Source: an uncultured Clostridia bacterium (GTDB taxonomy: Bacteria; Bacillota; Clostridia; TANB77; CAG-508). From it: a stretch of DNA of 64,000 nucleotides. The stretch is taken from NCBI GenBank assembly GCA_904387305.1, contig CAJFLB010000003.1, positions 1,169-65,168 on the forward strand, read 5' to 3'. A program made the position numbers and the translations under genes. Shown here piece after piece: positions 29,810-39,226 of this stretch (positions are counted from its first letter, which is position 1; every line of letters begins with the position of its first letter). Under the pieces are notes generated by a model that had not been told where the DNA came from, made no database searches, and saw only the letters and a list, made by a program, of their open reading frames with translations.

Positions 29810-29824
29810 CATATGCAAAAATGA

Positions 29825-30221
29825 TTATTGTTTCTTCATTTTTGGTTTTGAAATCAAAGAAGCTAAATATCCAAAGAATATGGCAGCAGCAATTCCGTCC
29901 AGCAGCAGCTTTTACACCACCTGTGAAAGCACCAATCAATCCAATATTTTTAACTTCTTCTATAGCACCTTTAGCTAAATTATAGCCAAAACCTGTTAAA
30001 GGAACAGTTGCACCAGCACCTGCAAAGTCTACTAAATATTGATAGATTCCTAATCCACCTAAAATAGCACCTAGAGTAACAAAAATGACTAAAATTCTAG
30101 CAGGTGTCAATTTTGTTTTATCAATTAAAATTTGACCGATTACACAAATTAAACCACCAACAACAAAACATTTTAGAAGTGAAGACCATTCAAAAACAGC
30201 ACTCCAATCAACTTCATTCAT
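29825..30221 (-). pseudogene. spoVAE: spoVAE (SpoVAEb-type) with an apparent +1 frameshift near 29897
   Basis: N-terminal 108 aa match SpoVAEb (VDFAGAGATVPLTGFGY..AFTGGVKAAAG). Removing one base at 29897 restores GIAAAIFFGYLASLISKPKMKKQ* ending at 29825. The uncorrected ORF reads through the terminator hairpin. Confidence 0.75.
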
Positions 30222-30301
30222 AAAATTTCATTCCTTTCGTAAGTTAAAAATAATTATATAAATAATCTATACAATTATTCATCCGTTCTTAATCATAACA
30301 T

Positions 30302-31307
30302 TTATAAATTTTCAATACTAATAGCATGGGCGATACCAGGAATGGATTCTCCTTGTTGAGAACTTGTAGAATTCATCAAAGCACCAGTCGCGATTAATAA
30401 AATTCTTTTCATTTTTCTTTCTTTTAATTGTTTGAAAAAATATCCAGAAAAGACAGTTCCACAACAGGCACAACCACTACCACCACTGTGCGTATCTTGT
30501 GTTTCTTTATCAAAAATTAGAACACCACAATCATTATAATTATTCTTTATGTTGTAACCATTGGTTTTTAATAGGTCAATAGCAATATCTTTTCCTACAT
30601 AGCCTAAGTCACCACTAATAATTGCATCATAGTAATTAGGACTTCTTCCAGTATCTTGGAAATGGGTTGTTAATGTATCAGCAAAACTTGGTGCCATAGC
30701 AGCCCCCATATTATTTCCATCTTTTATCCCCATATCAATAATTTTTCCAGGTGTAACATGTGTAATGTAAGGTCCGTTTCCATTTTTGGAAACAATAGCA
30801 CTACCAGAGCCAGTTACTGTCCATTGACTACTTTGAGGTCGTTGATTTCCTAATTCTAAAGGAAATCGAAATTGTTTTTCTGCACTACAAAAGTGACTAG
30901 AAGTGGCACATAACACATAGTTTGCAAAACTTTCAGCACAAATAGCACCTAATGTTAAAGATTCCACAAAAGTAGAGCAAGCACCAAATACACCAAAAAA
31001 CGGAATTTTTAAATCTCTTAACCCAAAACTGGAAGAAATACACTGATTAAGTAAATCTCCTGCAAACATACAATCAATATCACTGGCTGAAATTCCGAGC
31101 TTTTCGAATAACCATATTTACAGTTTCTTTTATAATTTTACTTTCTGCTTTTTCCCAAGTTTTCTCTCCCCAAAATTCATCATCTAATGTTTGATCAAAA
31201 TATTTAGCTAAAGGACCTTCAGCCTCCTTTGGACCAACAATAGAGGCACATTCTATGATAGAAGGAGGTGTGTTAAACTTAATAGTTTGTTTTCCTAATT
31301 TTTCCAA
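30302..31307 (-). pseudogene. spoVAD: spoVAD with an apparent +1 frameshift near 31106
   Basis: Two ORFs (31080-31316 and 30302-31069) together match SpoVAD. Deleting base 31106 joins ..ETVNMVI to EKLGISASDIDCMFAGDLLNQ. Probable TTG start at 31307, 9 nt after aaggag. Confidence 0.8.
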
Positions 31308-31330
31308 TATATTCAACTCCTTTTTATCTA

Positions 31331-31430
31331 AGTGCAGAGCTATTCGGGGACATTGGGACCAGGTCCATTTGGACCTATTTTAATGGGTCCAAATGGACCT
31401 GGTCCCAATGTCCCTGAATAGCTCTGCACT
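31331..31430. repeat. GGGAC/GGACC-type hairpin element, 45-bp arms and 10-nt loop, inserted between spoVAC and spoVAD
   Basis: agtgcagagctattcggggacattgggaccaggtccatttggacc versus its reverse complement at 31386-31430 (one G-U position); right arm abuts the spoVAC stop codon. Confidence 0.9.
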
Positions 31431-31898
31431 CTAAACTAAAGTAATATTTTGTGTATTAAAAATTAAGTAGATAATGCCAACTAATATTGAGGTAGAAATA
31501 CCAAATACCAAAACAGGTCCGGCAACAGTAAACATTTTTCCACCGACTCCCATGACATATCCTTCTGACTTATATTCCATTGCCGGAGAAACAATAGAAT
31601 TGGCAAATCCAGTAATGGGAATTAAAGAACCTGCACCAGCAAATTTTCCAATTTTGTTAAAAATATTTAAACCAGTAAGAAAAGCTGACAAACCAATTAA
31701 CAAAATGGAAACAATTGTCCCAGAGATTTGTGTATCAAATCCTCTATCTTTGCAAATATTAAGTATAATTTGCCCAATTGTGCAAATAAGGCCTCCAACC
31801 CAAAAAGCATTAAAACAATTTTTTAGTATAGGTGAGTTAGGAGATTTTTTGTCCACATAATCTTGATATGTTTTTTTTGTTTCTGTTGGATTTTCCAT
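31431..31898 (-). CDS. spoVAC: Stage V sporulation protein AC
   Basis: NAFWVGGLICTIGQ, FAGAGSLIPITGFANS, four TM segments, 155 aa. Confidence 0.9.
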   Translation of the reverse strand: MENPTETKKTYQDYVDKKSPNSPILKNCFNAFWVGGLICTIGQIILNICKDRGFDTQISGTIVSILLIGLSAFLTGLNIFNKIGKFAGAGSLIPITGFANSIVSPAMEYKSEGYVMGVGGKMFTVAGPVLVFGISTSILVGIIYLIFNTQNITLV

Positions 31899-31922
31899 TA
31901 TACATAATTCCTTTCCTAAAAA

Positions 31923-32150
31923 TTAAGCATCTTTATTATCTTTTCTATTTAAATCAATAGAAAATGAAATATCTAGATCAACAAAATATTCAGAAATTTT
32001 GTCTCCGCTAATGCTTGCTCTTTGCTCTAAAATTCTGACATCAGAAAGATAATCAACTGTTTTTGAAGCTTCTGCAACAGCTTTTATAATTGCATCTTTC
32101 CATGATACAGTTGAATTGCCAGTAATAATTAAATGTTTTTTGATTTCCAT
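31923..32150 (-). CDS. Dodecin-family (flavin-binding-like) small protein
   Basis: GNSTVSWKDAIIKAVAEASKTVDYLSDVRILEQ resembles the dodecin signature; ATG 32150, 8 nt after ggagg. Confidence 0.55.
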   Translation of the reverse strand: MEIKKHLIITGNSTVSWKDAIIKAVAEASKTVDYLSDVRILEQRASISGDKISEYFVDLDISFSIDLNRKDNKDA

Positions 32151-32369
32151 TATAAAAACCTCCATTCCAACAATTTTTGATTAATCATTTTTAGATAAAA
32201 ACTTGTTTTTGCTCTAAATTTTTCTAAATCTTTTAAAAGTATGTTTTCCCAAAAAATAAAAAATATGCAAAACTGCTAGAAAAAATATAAATTACAGTAT
32301 ATAATTTAAATGAATAAAAAGGATATGGAAAAGTAAGTAAAAAATGAGAAGGAGAAAAAACAAAAAAGA

Positions 32370-33680
32370 ATGGATATTGTAAGAGAAATTGCGTTAAAAA
32401 CTTTATATAAAATTGATAAAGAAGAAGCATATTCTAATATTGCTTTAGACGAAAATATCAAGGAAAATAAAAATAAACTAGATGATAGAGATACTGGCTT
32501 TATTTCAGAAATTGTATATGGCGTTACTTCATGGAAATTAACAATAGATGAAATTATAAAAAAATATTCAAAACTGAAACTAAAAAAAATTTCTCCATGG
32601 ATTTTAAATATCTTAAGAATGGGAATTTACCAGATTATTTTTTTAGATAAAGTTCCAAAATCAGCTGCAGTTAATGAAAGTGTTAATTTAGCAAAGCGAT
32701 ATGGACATAAAGGAAGCAGCAATTTTGTGAATGCTATTTTAAGAAAAGTGGATAAAAAAGATTATGAATCATTTGCTGAAATTGAAAATCCAATTGAAAG
32801 AATTTCAAAAACAACATCTATGCCGGTTTGGATTATTGAAGAACTATTAAAAGAAAATGATATAAAAAAAGTAGAAGAAATTTGTAAGGCTTCTAATATA
32901 AAACCAAAAGTTACAATTAGAATTAATTGTTTAAAAACCAATAAAGAAGAGTTAGAAAATTTGTTAAAAGAAATAAATATAACCTTTCAAGAAGGAAAAC
33001 TAGAAGATTTTTTAATATTAGAGAAAGCAAAAAACATAGAACAATTAGATTTATTTAAGCAAGGATATTTCACAGTTCAAGATGAAGGTGCAGGATTAAT
33101 TGCAAAAATAGTCAATCCAAAACCAAATGAACGCATATTAGATGCTTGTAGCAGCCCTGGAGGAAAAACAACCTATATGGCAGAATTAATGGAAGACAAA
33201 GGAGAGATTATTGCTTGGGATTTACATCCTCATAGAGTGCAATTGGTAGAAAAAAATGCAAAACGATTAGACATTCATATGATAAAAGCAGAATGTCAAG
33301 ATGCAATGATATATAAAGAAGAATACAAAGAAAAATTCGACAAAATTTTATTAGATGTGCCATGCTTGGGAATGGGGGTCTTAAAACGAAAACCAGATAT
33401 CAAATGGAAAAGAAAGGCAGAAGATATAAAAGAAATTACGCAAATTCAGCAAAATATATTAGAAACTTGTTCAAAATATCTAAAACCAAAAGGACAAATG
33501 GTTTATTCAACATGTAGTATTTTTCAAGAAGAAAATGACAAAGTTATCGAAAAATTTTTAAAAAATAATCAAAATTTTGAATATGTAAAAATATCTAAAA
33601 TAGAAAATAGGAGTAAAATTCAATTATATCAAAATGATGAAACAGATGGATTTTTTATATGTAAAGTGCAAAAAAAATAG
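32370..33680 (+). CDS. rsmB: 16S rRNA (cytosine967-C5)-methyltransferase RsmB
   Basis: NusB-like N-domain, DACSSPGGKT SAM site, DVPCLGMGV and YSTCS catalytic cysteines. Confidence 0.9.
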   Translation: MDIVREIALKTLYKIDKEEAYSNIALDENIKENKNKLDDRDTGFISEIVYGVTSWKLTIDEIIKKYSKLKLKKISPWILNILRMGIYQIIFLDKVPKSAAVNESVNLAKRYGHKGSSNFVNAILRKVDKKDYESFAEIENPIERISKTTSMPVWIIEELLKENDIKKVEEICKASNIKPKVTIRINCLKTNKEELENLLKEINITFQEGKLEDFLILEKAKNIEQLDLFKQGYFTVQDEGAGLIAKIVNPKPNERILDACSSPGGKTTYMAELMEDKGEIIAWDLHPHRVQLVEKNAKRLDIHMIKAECQDAMIYKEEYKEKFDKILLDVPCLGMGVLKRKPDIKWKRKAEDIKEITQIQQNILETCSKYLKPKGQMVYSTCSIFQEENDKVIEKFLKNNQNFEYVKISKIENRSKIQLYQNDETDGFFICKVQKK

Positions 33681-33872
33681 TTAAAATTGTCTTAATATAA
33701 GAATATATATGAAGACCAAAAATAGTAAAAAAAATTAAATATTACAATTTGAATACACTTCAATTACAATTGCATTAAAATGAATTAAAAAGTATTGATT
33801 TTTACATTATGGATGATAAAATAAACTAGAATTCATATATTAACTTATTCCAAAAAAAAGGAGGTACACAAA

Positions 33873-34322
33873 GTGAAAAATCAAAGTGGTATTACATTAG
33901 TAGCTTTAGTGATTACAATTATTGTTTTACTAATTTTAGCAGTAGTTTCAATTGCTATGCTTGCAGAGATTACAGATACAAGACAAACTCAAACAGTAAC
34001 CACACAAAAAAGTAATGAGGAAATTGTTAACATAGCGGTAGAAGATTTACTAGCAGAATATAATAAAGGTGGTGCTATAGCAGCAAATATTACAAATACA
34101 AATAATTCACCAGCTACCTTGGAAATCAATAAAGACGAGTTAAAAGCAGCAATAAATAGAACTACTTCAGATGCAGGTATAACGGATGTTACAGATACAA
34201 CATTAAATATTTCTGAAGATGATTTAGAAGAGGAAGTTTCAGTAATAAAAGTTGATTTTGCACAAGGACAAGACATTTATGTTGAACCTTCAACAGGAAA
34301 AATTGTTACAGAACAGATGTAA
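33873..34322 (+). CDS. Prepilin-type (type IV pilin-like) protein
   Basis: GTG 33873 after aaaaggagg; class III signal MKNQSG/ITLVALVITIIVLLILAVV; position +5 is Ala, not Glu. Confidence 0.7.
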   Translation: MKNQSGITLVALVITIIVLLILAVVSIAMLAEITDTRQTQTVTTQKSNEEIVNIAVEDLLAEYNKGGAIAANITNTNNSPATLEINKDELKAAINRTTSDAGITDVTDTTLNISEDDLEEEVSVIKVDFAQGQDIYVEPSTGKIVTEQM

Positions 34323-34349
34323 GATAATAGATAAGTTATCAGATAGCAT

Positions 34350-34377
34350 AACCATACACACTTTAGTGTGTATGGTT
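34350..34377 (+). terminator. Hairpin after the pilin gene
   Basis: aaccatacacac-ttta-gtgtgtatggtt, 12-bp stem; weak T tract. Confidence 0.5.
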
Positions 34378-34417
34378 TGAGAATAACAATATCGTGAATG
34401 AGGAAAAAGGAGAAAAA

Positions 34418-35233
34418 ATGAATATAGTACTATATATATTAATATTCATAATGGGATCTGTATTTGGTAGTTTCTTTACATTAGCAATATACAGAATACC
34501 TAAAAAACAAGATATTATACATACACATTCCTACTGTCCAAATTGTAACCATAAATTAAAATTTTTAGATTTAATACCTGTATTTAGTTATATTTTTTTA
34601 TTAGGAAAATGTAGATACTGTAAAGAAAAAATCAGACCAAGATATTTTATAATAGAAATATTATCAGGATTTACCTTTGTTATAATAGCATATTTAATGA
34701 ATATCAATATGGATAATCTAAATCCAATTTTACTTGCAGAAGGTGCATTTATGGCACTTTATTTGTGTTTTATTTTTATTATGGCAGGAATTGATGCAGA
34801 AAATCGAAAAATTGAAAAATCAATATCTATGTATGGAGTTTTATTATCTATTGCATATATAATATATCTATGTGTAGTAGAAAAAGATAGTATATATAGA
34901 TATATTATATATTTAGTATTTTATGTTATTATTTTAATTTTAGATACAGTTACATTAAAAAAATATGCTAAAAACAGTTATGTGAACGGAATTATTTTAA
35001 CAGTTTTAACTATGGTTATTTTTACAGGAGAATATGTTGTTATTAATACGATTATTATGACAGCGCTTGTTGTAGCGATAAATTTATTGATGCATAAGAT
35101 AGAAAATATACGAAAAAGAGTTAGGAGAGAGAAAAAAGATTATGGTAAAAATATAGATTATGGATTTATTTTAGGTATGTCTAATATTTTAAACCTTATA
35201 TTTGTATTATCTTGGTATAAATTTTTTATTTAA
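34418..35233 (+). CDS. Prepilin peptidase (A24 family)
   Basis: N-terminal CPNC..CRYC zinc motif, polytopic membrane protein with GIDAEN (aspartyl motif region); ATG 34418 after aaaaggag. Confidence 0.8.
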   Translation: MNIVLYILIFIMGSVFGSFFTLAIYRIPKKQDIIHTHSYCPNCNHKLKFLDLIPVFSYIFLLGKCRYCKEKIRPRYFIIEILSGFTFVIIAYLMNINMDNLNPILLAEGAFMALYLCFIFIMAGIDAENRKIEKSISMYGVLLSIAYIIYLCVVEKDSIYRYIIYLVFYVIILILDTVTLKKYAKNSYVNGIILTVLTMVIFTGEYVVINTIIMTALVVAINLLMHKIENIRKRVRREKKDYGKNIDYGFILGMSNILNLIFVLSWYKFFI

Positions 35234-35342
35234 AATAATGGTATGTCCCTATTGTTCAAAAAAATGTTATATGATATAATCAAAACACAAATAGACAAAA
35301 TAGTAAATTATTATGGGATTTCAAGAAAGTGGTGAACCTAAA

Positions 35343-36245
35343 ATGAAAATAGGAATTGATTTAGGTGGTAGTCATATTGCCATAGGTGTTGTGGATAATA
35401 GAGGGAAAATATTAGAGAAAGTAGAAAAAAGAATTACAAAAGCTGAAAAAAATACAATTAAAAAAGTAATAGAAGATTATATCATTGAAAAAACAATGAA
35501 TTTCTTACAACAATATAAAATTACAGAAATGGGAATTGCTATACCAGGAACCGTAAAAAATGATATAGTTGTGAAATCAGTTAATTTAGGATTGAAAAAT
35601 TATGAGATAGTGAAAAATTTACAAGAAAAGATAAAGTTACCAATCAAAATTCGAAATGATGCAAAATGTGCAGCATTGGCTGAAAATGCATATGGTGCAT
35701 TAAAATCATATGATAGAAGTATATTTTTAACTTTAGGGACAGGAATTGGTGGAGCAGTGATTATCCACAATGAATTATTACATACAGGAGAATTGCCTGG
35801 TTGTGAATTTGGACATATGTTAATAGAAAAAAATGGAAATCTATGTAAATGTGGAAAAAGAGGTTGCTGGGAAACATATGCTTCTATGAAAGCATTTAAA
35901 GATAATCTAAGAGAAATTTTAAATTTAGATGAAAGAACTAGTGGAAAAGAATTACTAGACATGTTAAGAAAAATGGATAAAAATAATCCGAAATATATAC
36001 AAACCAATAAATTAGTAGAACAATACATAGAATATTTAAGTATAGGAATATCAAATTTGATAAATATTTTCGAACCAGAAGCAATTGGAATAGGTGGAAG
36101 TTTTGTATTCTATGAAGAAGTCTTTTTAGATAAACTGAAAACGAAACTATTAAAAGATAATTTATTATTTAATGAGAGAAAAGAAATTAATATTCAAACA
36201 GCGATATTAGATAATGATGCAGGTATGATTGGAGCAATATTGTAA
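35343..36245 (+). CDS. ROK-family sugar kinase (glucokinase-like)
   Basis: MKIGIDLGGSHI, LTLGTGIGGAVI, zinc motif GHM..C.CG..GCWE. Confidence 0.85.
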   Translation: MKIGIDLGGSHIAIGVVDNRGKILEKVEKRITKAEKNTIKKVIEDYIIEKTMNFLQQYKITEMGIAIPGTVKNDIVVKSVNLGLKNYEIVKNLQEKIKLPIKIRNDAKCAALAENAYGALKSYDRSIFLTLGTGIGGAVIIHNELLHTGELPGCEFGHMLIEKNGNLCKCGKRGCWETYASMKAFKDNLREILNLDERTSGKELLDMLRKMDKNNPKYIQTNKLVEQYIEYLSIGISNLINIFEPEAIGIGGSFVFYEEVFLDKLKTKLLKDNLLFNERKEINIQTAILDNDAGMIGAIL

Positions 36246-36323
36246 GAAAAGTGGATTTGCCACATGTGTAAAATTGCTTTACAATTATTACACGAATATA
36301 AGAAAGTGAGAGGTGAATTTTTC

Positions 36324-37253
36324 ATGAAAGAAGAGAAAAAAGCAACAAGACAAAGTTATGGAGAAATTTTAGAAAAATTAGGAGAGGAAAATAAGGACAT
36401 CGTGGTCTTAGATGCAGACTTATCAGCAGCAACAAAAACCAGTATTTTTGCAAAAAAATTTCCAGACAGATTTTTTGACATGGGAATAGCAGAAGCTAAT
36501 ATGATGGGAGTAGCTGCAGGTATGGCTTCTTGTGGGAAAATTCCATATGTTAGTACTTTTGCAGCTTTTGCAGCAGGACGTGCTTATGACCAAATACGTT
36601 CAAGTATTTGTTATCCAAATTTAGATGTAAAAATATGCGCAACCCATGCTGGAATTACTGTAGGAGAAGATGGAGCAACACATCAAATGTTAGAAGATTT
36701 AGCATTAATGAGAGCTTTACCAAATATGACAGTTTTATGTCCATCAGATGATATAGAGACAAAATATTTAATAGAGGAAATTTCAAAAATAAAAGGACCT
36801 GTATATGTAAGATTGGCGAGATTGGCAACACCTGGAATTTATGAAGAAAACCAAACATTCGAAATTGGAAAAGCAGTACAAATAGGAGATGGAACAGATG
36901 CAACTGTTTTCGCAACAGGTGTGGTTGTTGCAGAAGCAATAAAAGCAAAAGAACTTCTTGAAAAAGAAGGAATTTATATTAGAGTTGTAGATATACATAC
37001 GATTAAGCCAATTGACAAAGAAATGATTATCAAATCAGCAAAAGAAACGAAAAAATTAATATCTATAGAAGACCACAGTATCATTGGTGGTTTGGGAAGT
37101 GCCATTAGCGAAGTCTTAACAGAAGAATATCCTTGTAAATTAGACAGAATGGGAATTAAAGATACGTTTGGAAAATCTGGAAATGCAGTAGAATTACTAA
37201 AATATTTTGGATTAACTAGTGAAGAGATTATAAAAACTGTAAAAAATAATTAA
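36324..37253 (+). CDS. Transketolase, C-terminal (Pyr + C-domain) subunit
   Basis: ATRQSYGE, DADLSAAT, FFDMGIAEANMMGVAAG, THAGITVGEDGATHQ; no N-terminal subunit gene adjacent. Confidence 0.85.
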   Translation: MKEEKKATRQSYGEILEKLGEENKDIVVLDADLSAATKTSIFAKKFPDRFFDMGIAEANMMGVAAGMASCGKIPYVSTFAAFAAGRAYDQIRSSICYPNLDVKICATHAGITVGEDGATHQMLEDLALMRALPNMTVLCPSDDIETKYLIEEISKIKGPVYVRLARLATPGIYEENQTFEIGKAVQIGDGTDATVFATGVVVAEAIKAKELLEKEGIYIRVVDIHTIKPIDKEMIIKSAKETKKLISIEDHSIIGGLGSAISEVLTEEYPCKLDRMGIKDTFGKSGNAVELLKYFGLTSEEIIKTVKNN

Positions 37254-37489
37254 AATGAATTTCGAAATGAAGAGAAAAGAAAATCAAAGGATTGTGAATT
37301 TATAGGGGATAAAATATGAAAAAGAATAAGAAACAAATGGGATAATACAAGGAAATAGAAAATTTCTTCAATCTATTAGAGAGGCGATTCAAGATAAAGA
37401 AGGTAAAACAGTATGTGACTATACAGAAAAATTTAATTATTAATTGTAAATTTTGTGTGAATTTTCTGAAACAAAGAAAAACGGAGAAA

Positions 37490-37536
37490 AACGATAGAAA
37501 ATGCAAAAAAGTCAACATTTTCTATCGTTTTTTTAT
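37490..37536 (+). terminator. Strong intrinsic terminator in the tkt-ftsE spacer
   Basis: aacgatagaaaatg / cattttctatcgtt 14-bp stem followed by ttttttt. Confidence 0.8.
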
Positions 37537-37635
37537 TTAAAAACTATTGCAAATTTTGTTCTTTATTGTTATGATTAGATAGAATAAATTATATAATAGA
37601 ATATTATGCGAAAAAATAGATAAGGAGAGCAAAAG

Positions 37636-38316
37636 ATGATTGAATTTAGGAATGTCACAAAGACATATGATACAGGTACAAAAGCAGTAAAAAATGCAAA
37701 TTTTAGAATTGACAAAGGCGAATTTGCTTTTTTAGTTGGATCTTCAGGAAGTGGAAAATCTACTTTAATTAAATTAATCTTAAAAGAAGAAGAACCAACT
37801 TCAGGAAATATTATAATCAATGGAAAAGATACTACATTTTTAAAACCAAATAGAATTCCATATTTAAGAAGAAGTATGGGAGTTGTATTTCAAGATTTCA
37901 GACTATTACCAGACAAAACTGTATATGACAATGTTGCTTATGCAATGTATATTGTAAGAGCAACACCAAGACATATTAGAAGACAAGTTCCAATGGTACT
38001 TTCATTAGTTGGATTAAGTGGAAAAGCAAAAATGTATCCAAATGAATTATCTGGAGGAGAACAACAAAGGGTTGCTTTAGCCAGAGCTTTGGTAAATAAT
38101 CCATCTATGCTAATTGCAGATGAGCCAACAGGAAACTTAGATCCAGATACAGCATGGGATATCATGACTTTATTAAATGATATTAACATGAGAGGAACAA
38201 CAGTAGTTGTAGCAACACATGCCAAAGACATTGTTGACCAGATGAAGAAAAGGGTTATACATATTAGAAAAGGTGAAATCATAAAAGATGATAAAAAAGG
38301 TGGGTATGAACTGTGA
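37636..38316 (+). CDS. ftsE: Cell division ATP-binding protein FtsE
   Basis: Walker A GSSGSGKST, LSGGEQQR, Walker B LIADEPTGNLD. Confidence 0.93.
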   Translation: MIEFRNVTKTYDTGTKAVKNANFRIDKGEFAFLVGSSGSGKSTLIKLILKEEEPTSGNIIINGKDTTFLKPNRIPYLRRSMGVVFQDFRLLPDKTVYDNVAYAMYIVRATPRHIRRQVPMVLSLVGLSGKAKMYPNELSGGEQQRVALARALVNNPSMLIADEPTGNLDPDTAWDIMTLLNDINMRGTTVVVATHAKDIVDQMKKRVIHIRKGEIIKDDKKGGYEL

Positions 38317-39215
38317 AATATAATATATTAGGATATTTAATTGGAGAAGGATTTAGTAATGTATTTAAAAACAAAAAATCAACAGGTGCGTCACTGATGA
38401 TTATGTGGGCAACAATGATTATTTTTGGGGTATTTTTAATTTTAAGTGAAAATATTAACCATTTTGTACAGGAAGTCGAATCTGAGCAAGGAATTCAAGT
38501 ATTTGCAACAGATGAGGCCACAGATGAGCAAATTAAGAAATTAGGAGAAGACATTAATCAAATAGAAGGTGTTAACACCGTAGAATATGTATCAAAAGAA
38601 GAAGCATTAAATCAGATGAAAGAAAGATTTGCAGAAAATGAAGACTTACTAGAGGGATATGAAGGTGAAAACAACATTTTTACAGCATCCTATGTTGTAA
38701 CATTAACAGACTTAAATCTAAATACACAAGTACAAGACCAAATTTCTAAACTAGAAAATGTTAAAAAGATAACAAATGCGAATGAAGTTGTTGCAACTTT
38801 AATTGATTTTGCAAATGGTGTAAAAATTGTAACAGGAGTGATTTTAATATTATTAATCATTATATCTGTGTTTATTATTGCAAATACAATCAAATTAACT
38901 GTACATGCTAGAAGAAAAGAAATTTCAATTATGAAATATGTAGGAGCAACCAATAGTTTTATTAGATGGCCTTTCATTGTAGAAGGTATGATTATAGGAG
39001 TAATCGCAAGTGCCATTTCTATAGTTGTTATAGCAATTGCTTATAACTTTATAGCAGAACAAATGGTAAACTCAAGCTTTATGAGAACGGTTGGCATTAG
39101 CTTAGTAGGATTTTCAGAAATGTTTAGTTCGATTATATTTGTATATATGCTACTAGGAGTAGGAATAGGAGCCATAGGAAGTATTATTTCTATGAGAAAA
39201 TATTTAAAAGTATAA
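38313..39215 (+). CDS. ftsX: Cell division permease-like protein FtsX
   Basis: GTGA overlap with ftsE; TM1, large extracellular loop, three C-terminal TMs; KYVGATNSFIRWPF motif. Confidence 0.9.
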   Translation: MKYNILGYLIGEGFSNVFKNKKSTGASLMIMWATMIIFGVFLILSENINHFVQEVESEQGIQVFATDEATDEQIKKLGEDINQIEGVNTVEYVSKEEALNQMKERFAENEDLLEGYEGENNIFTASYVVTLTDLNLNTQVQDQISKLENVKKITNANEVVATLIDFANGVKIVTGVILILLIIISVFIIANTIKLTVHARRKEISIMKYVGATNSFIRWPFIVEGMIIGVIASAISIVVIAIAYNFIAEQMVNSSFMRTVGISLVGFSEMFSSIIFVYMLLGVGIGAIGSIISMRKYLKV

Positions 39216-39226
39216 AGGAGTAGAGC

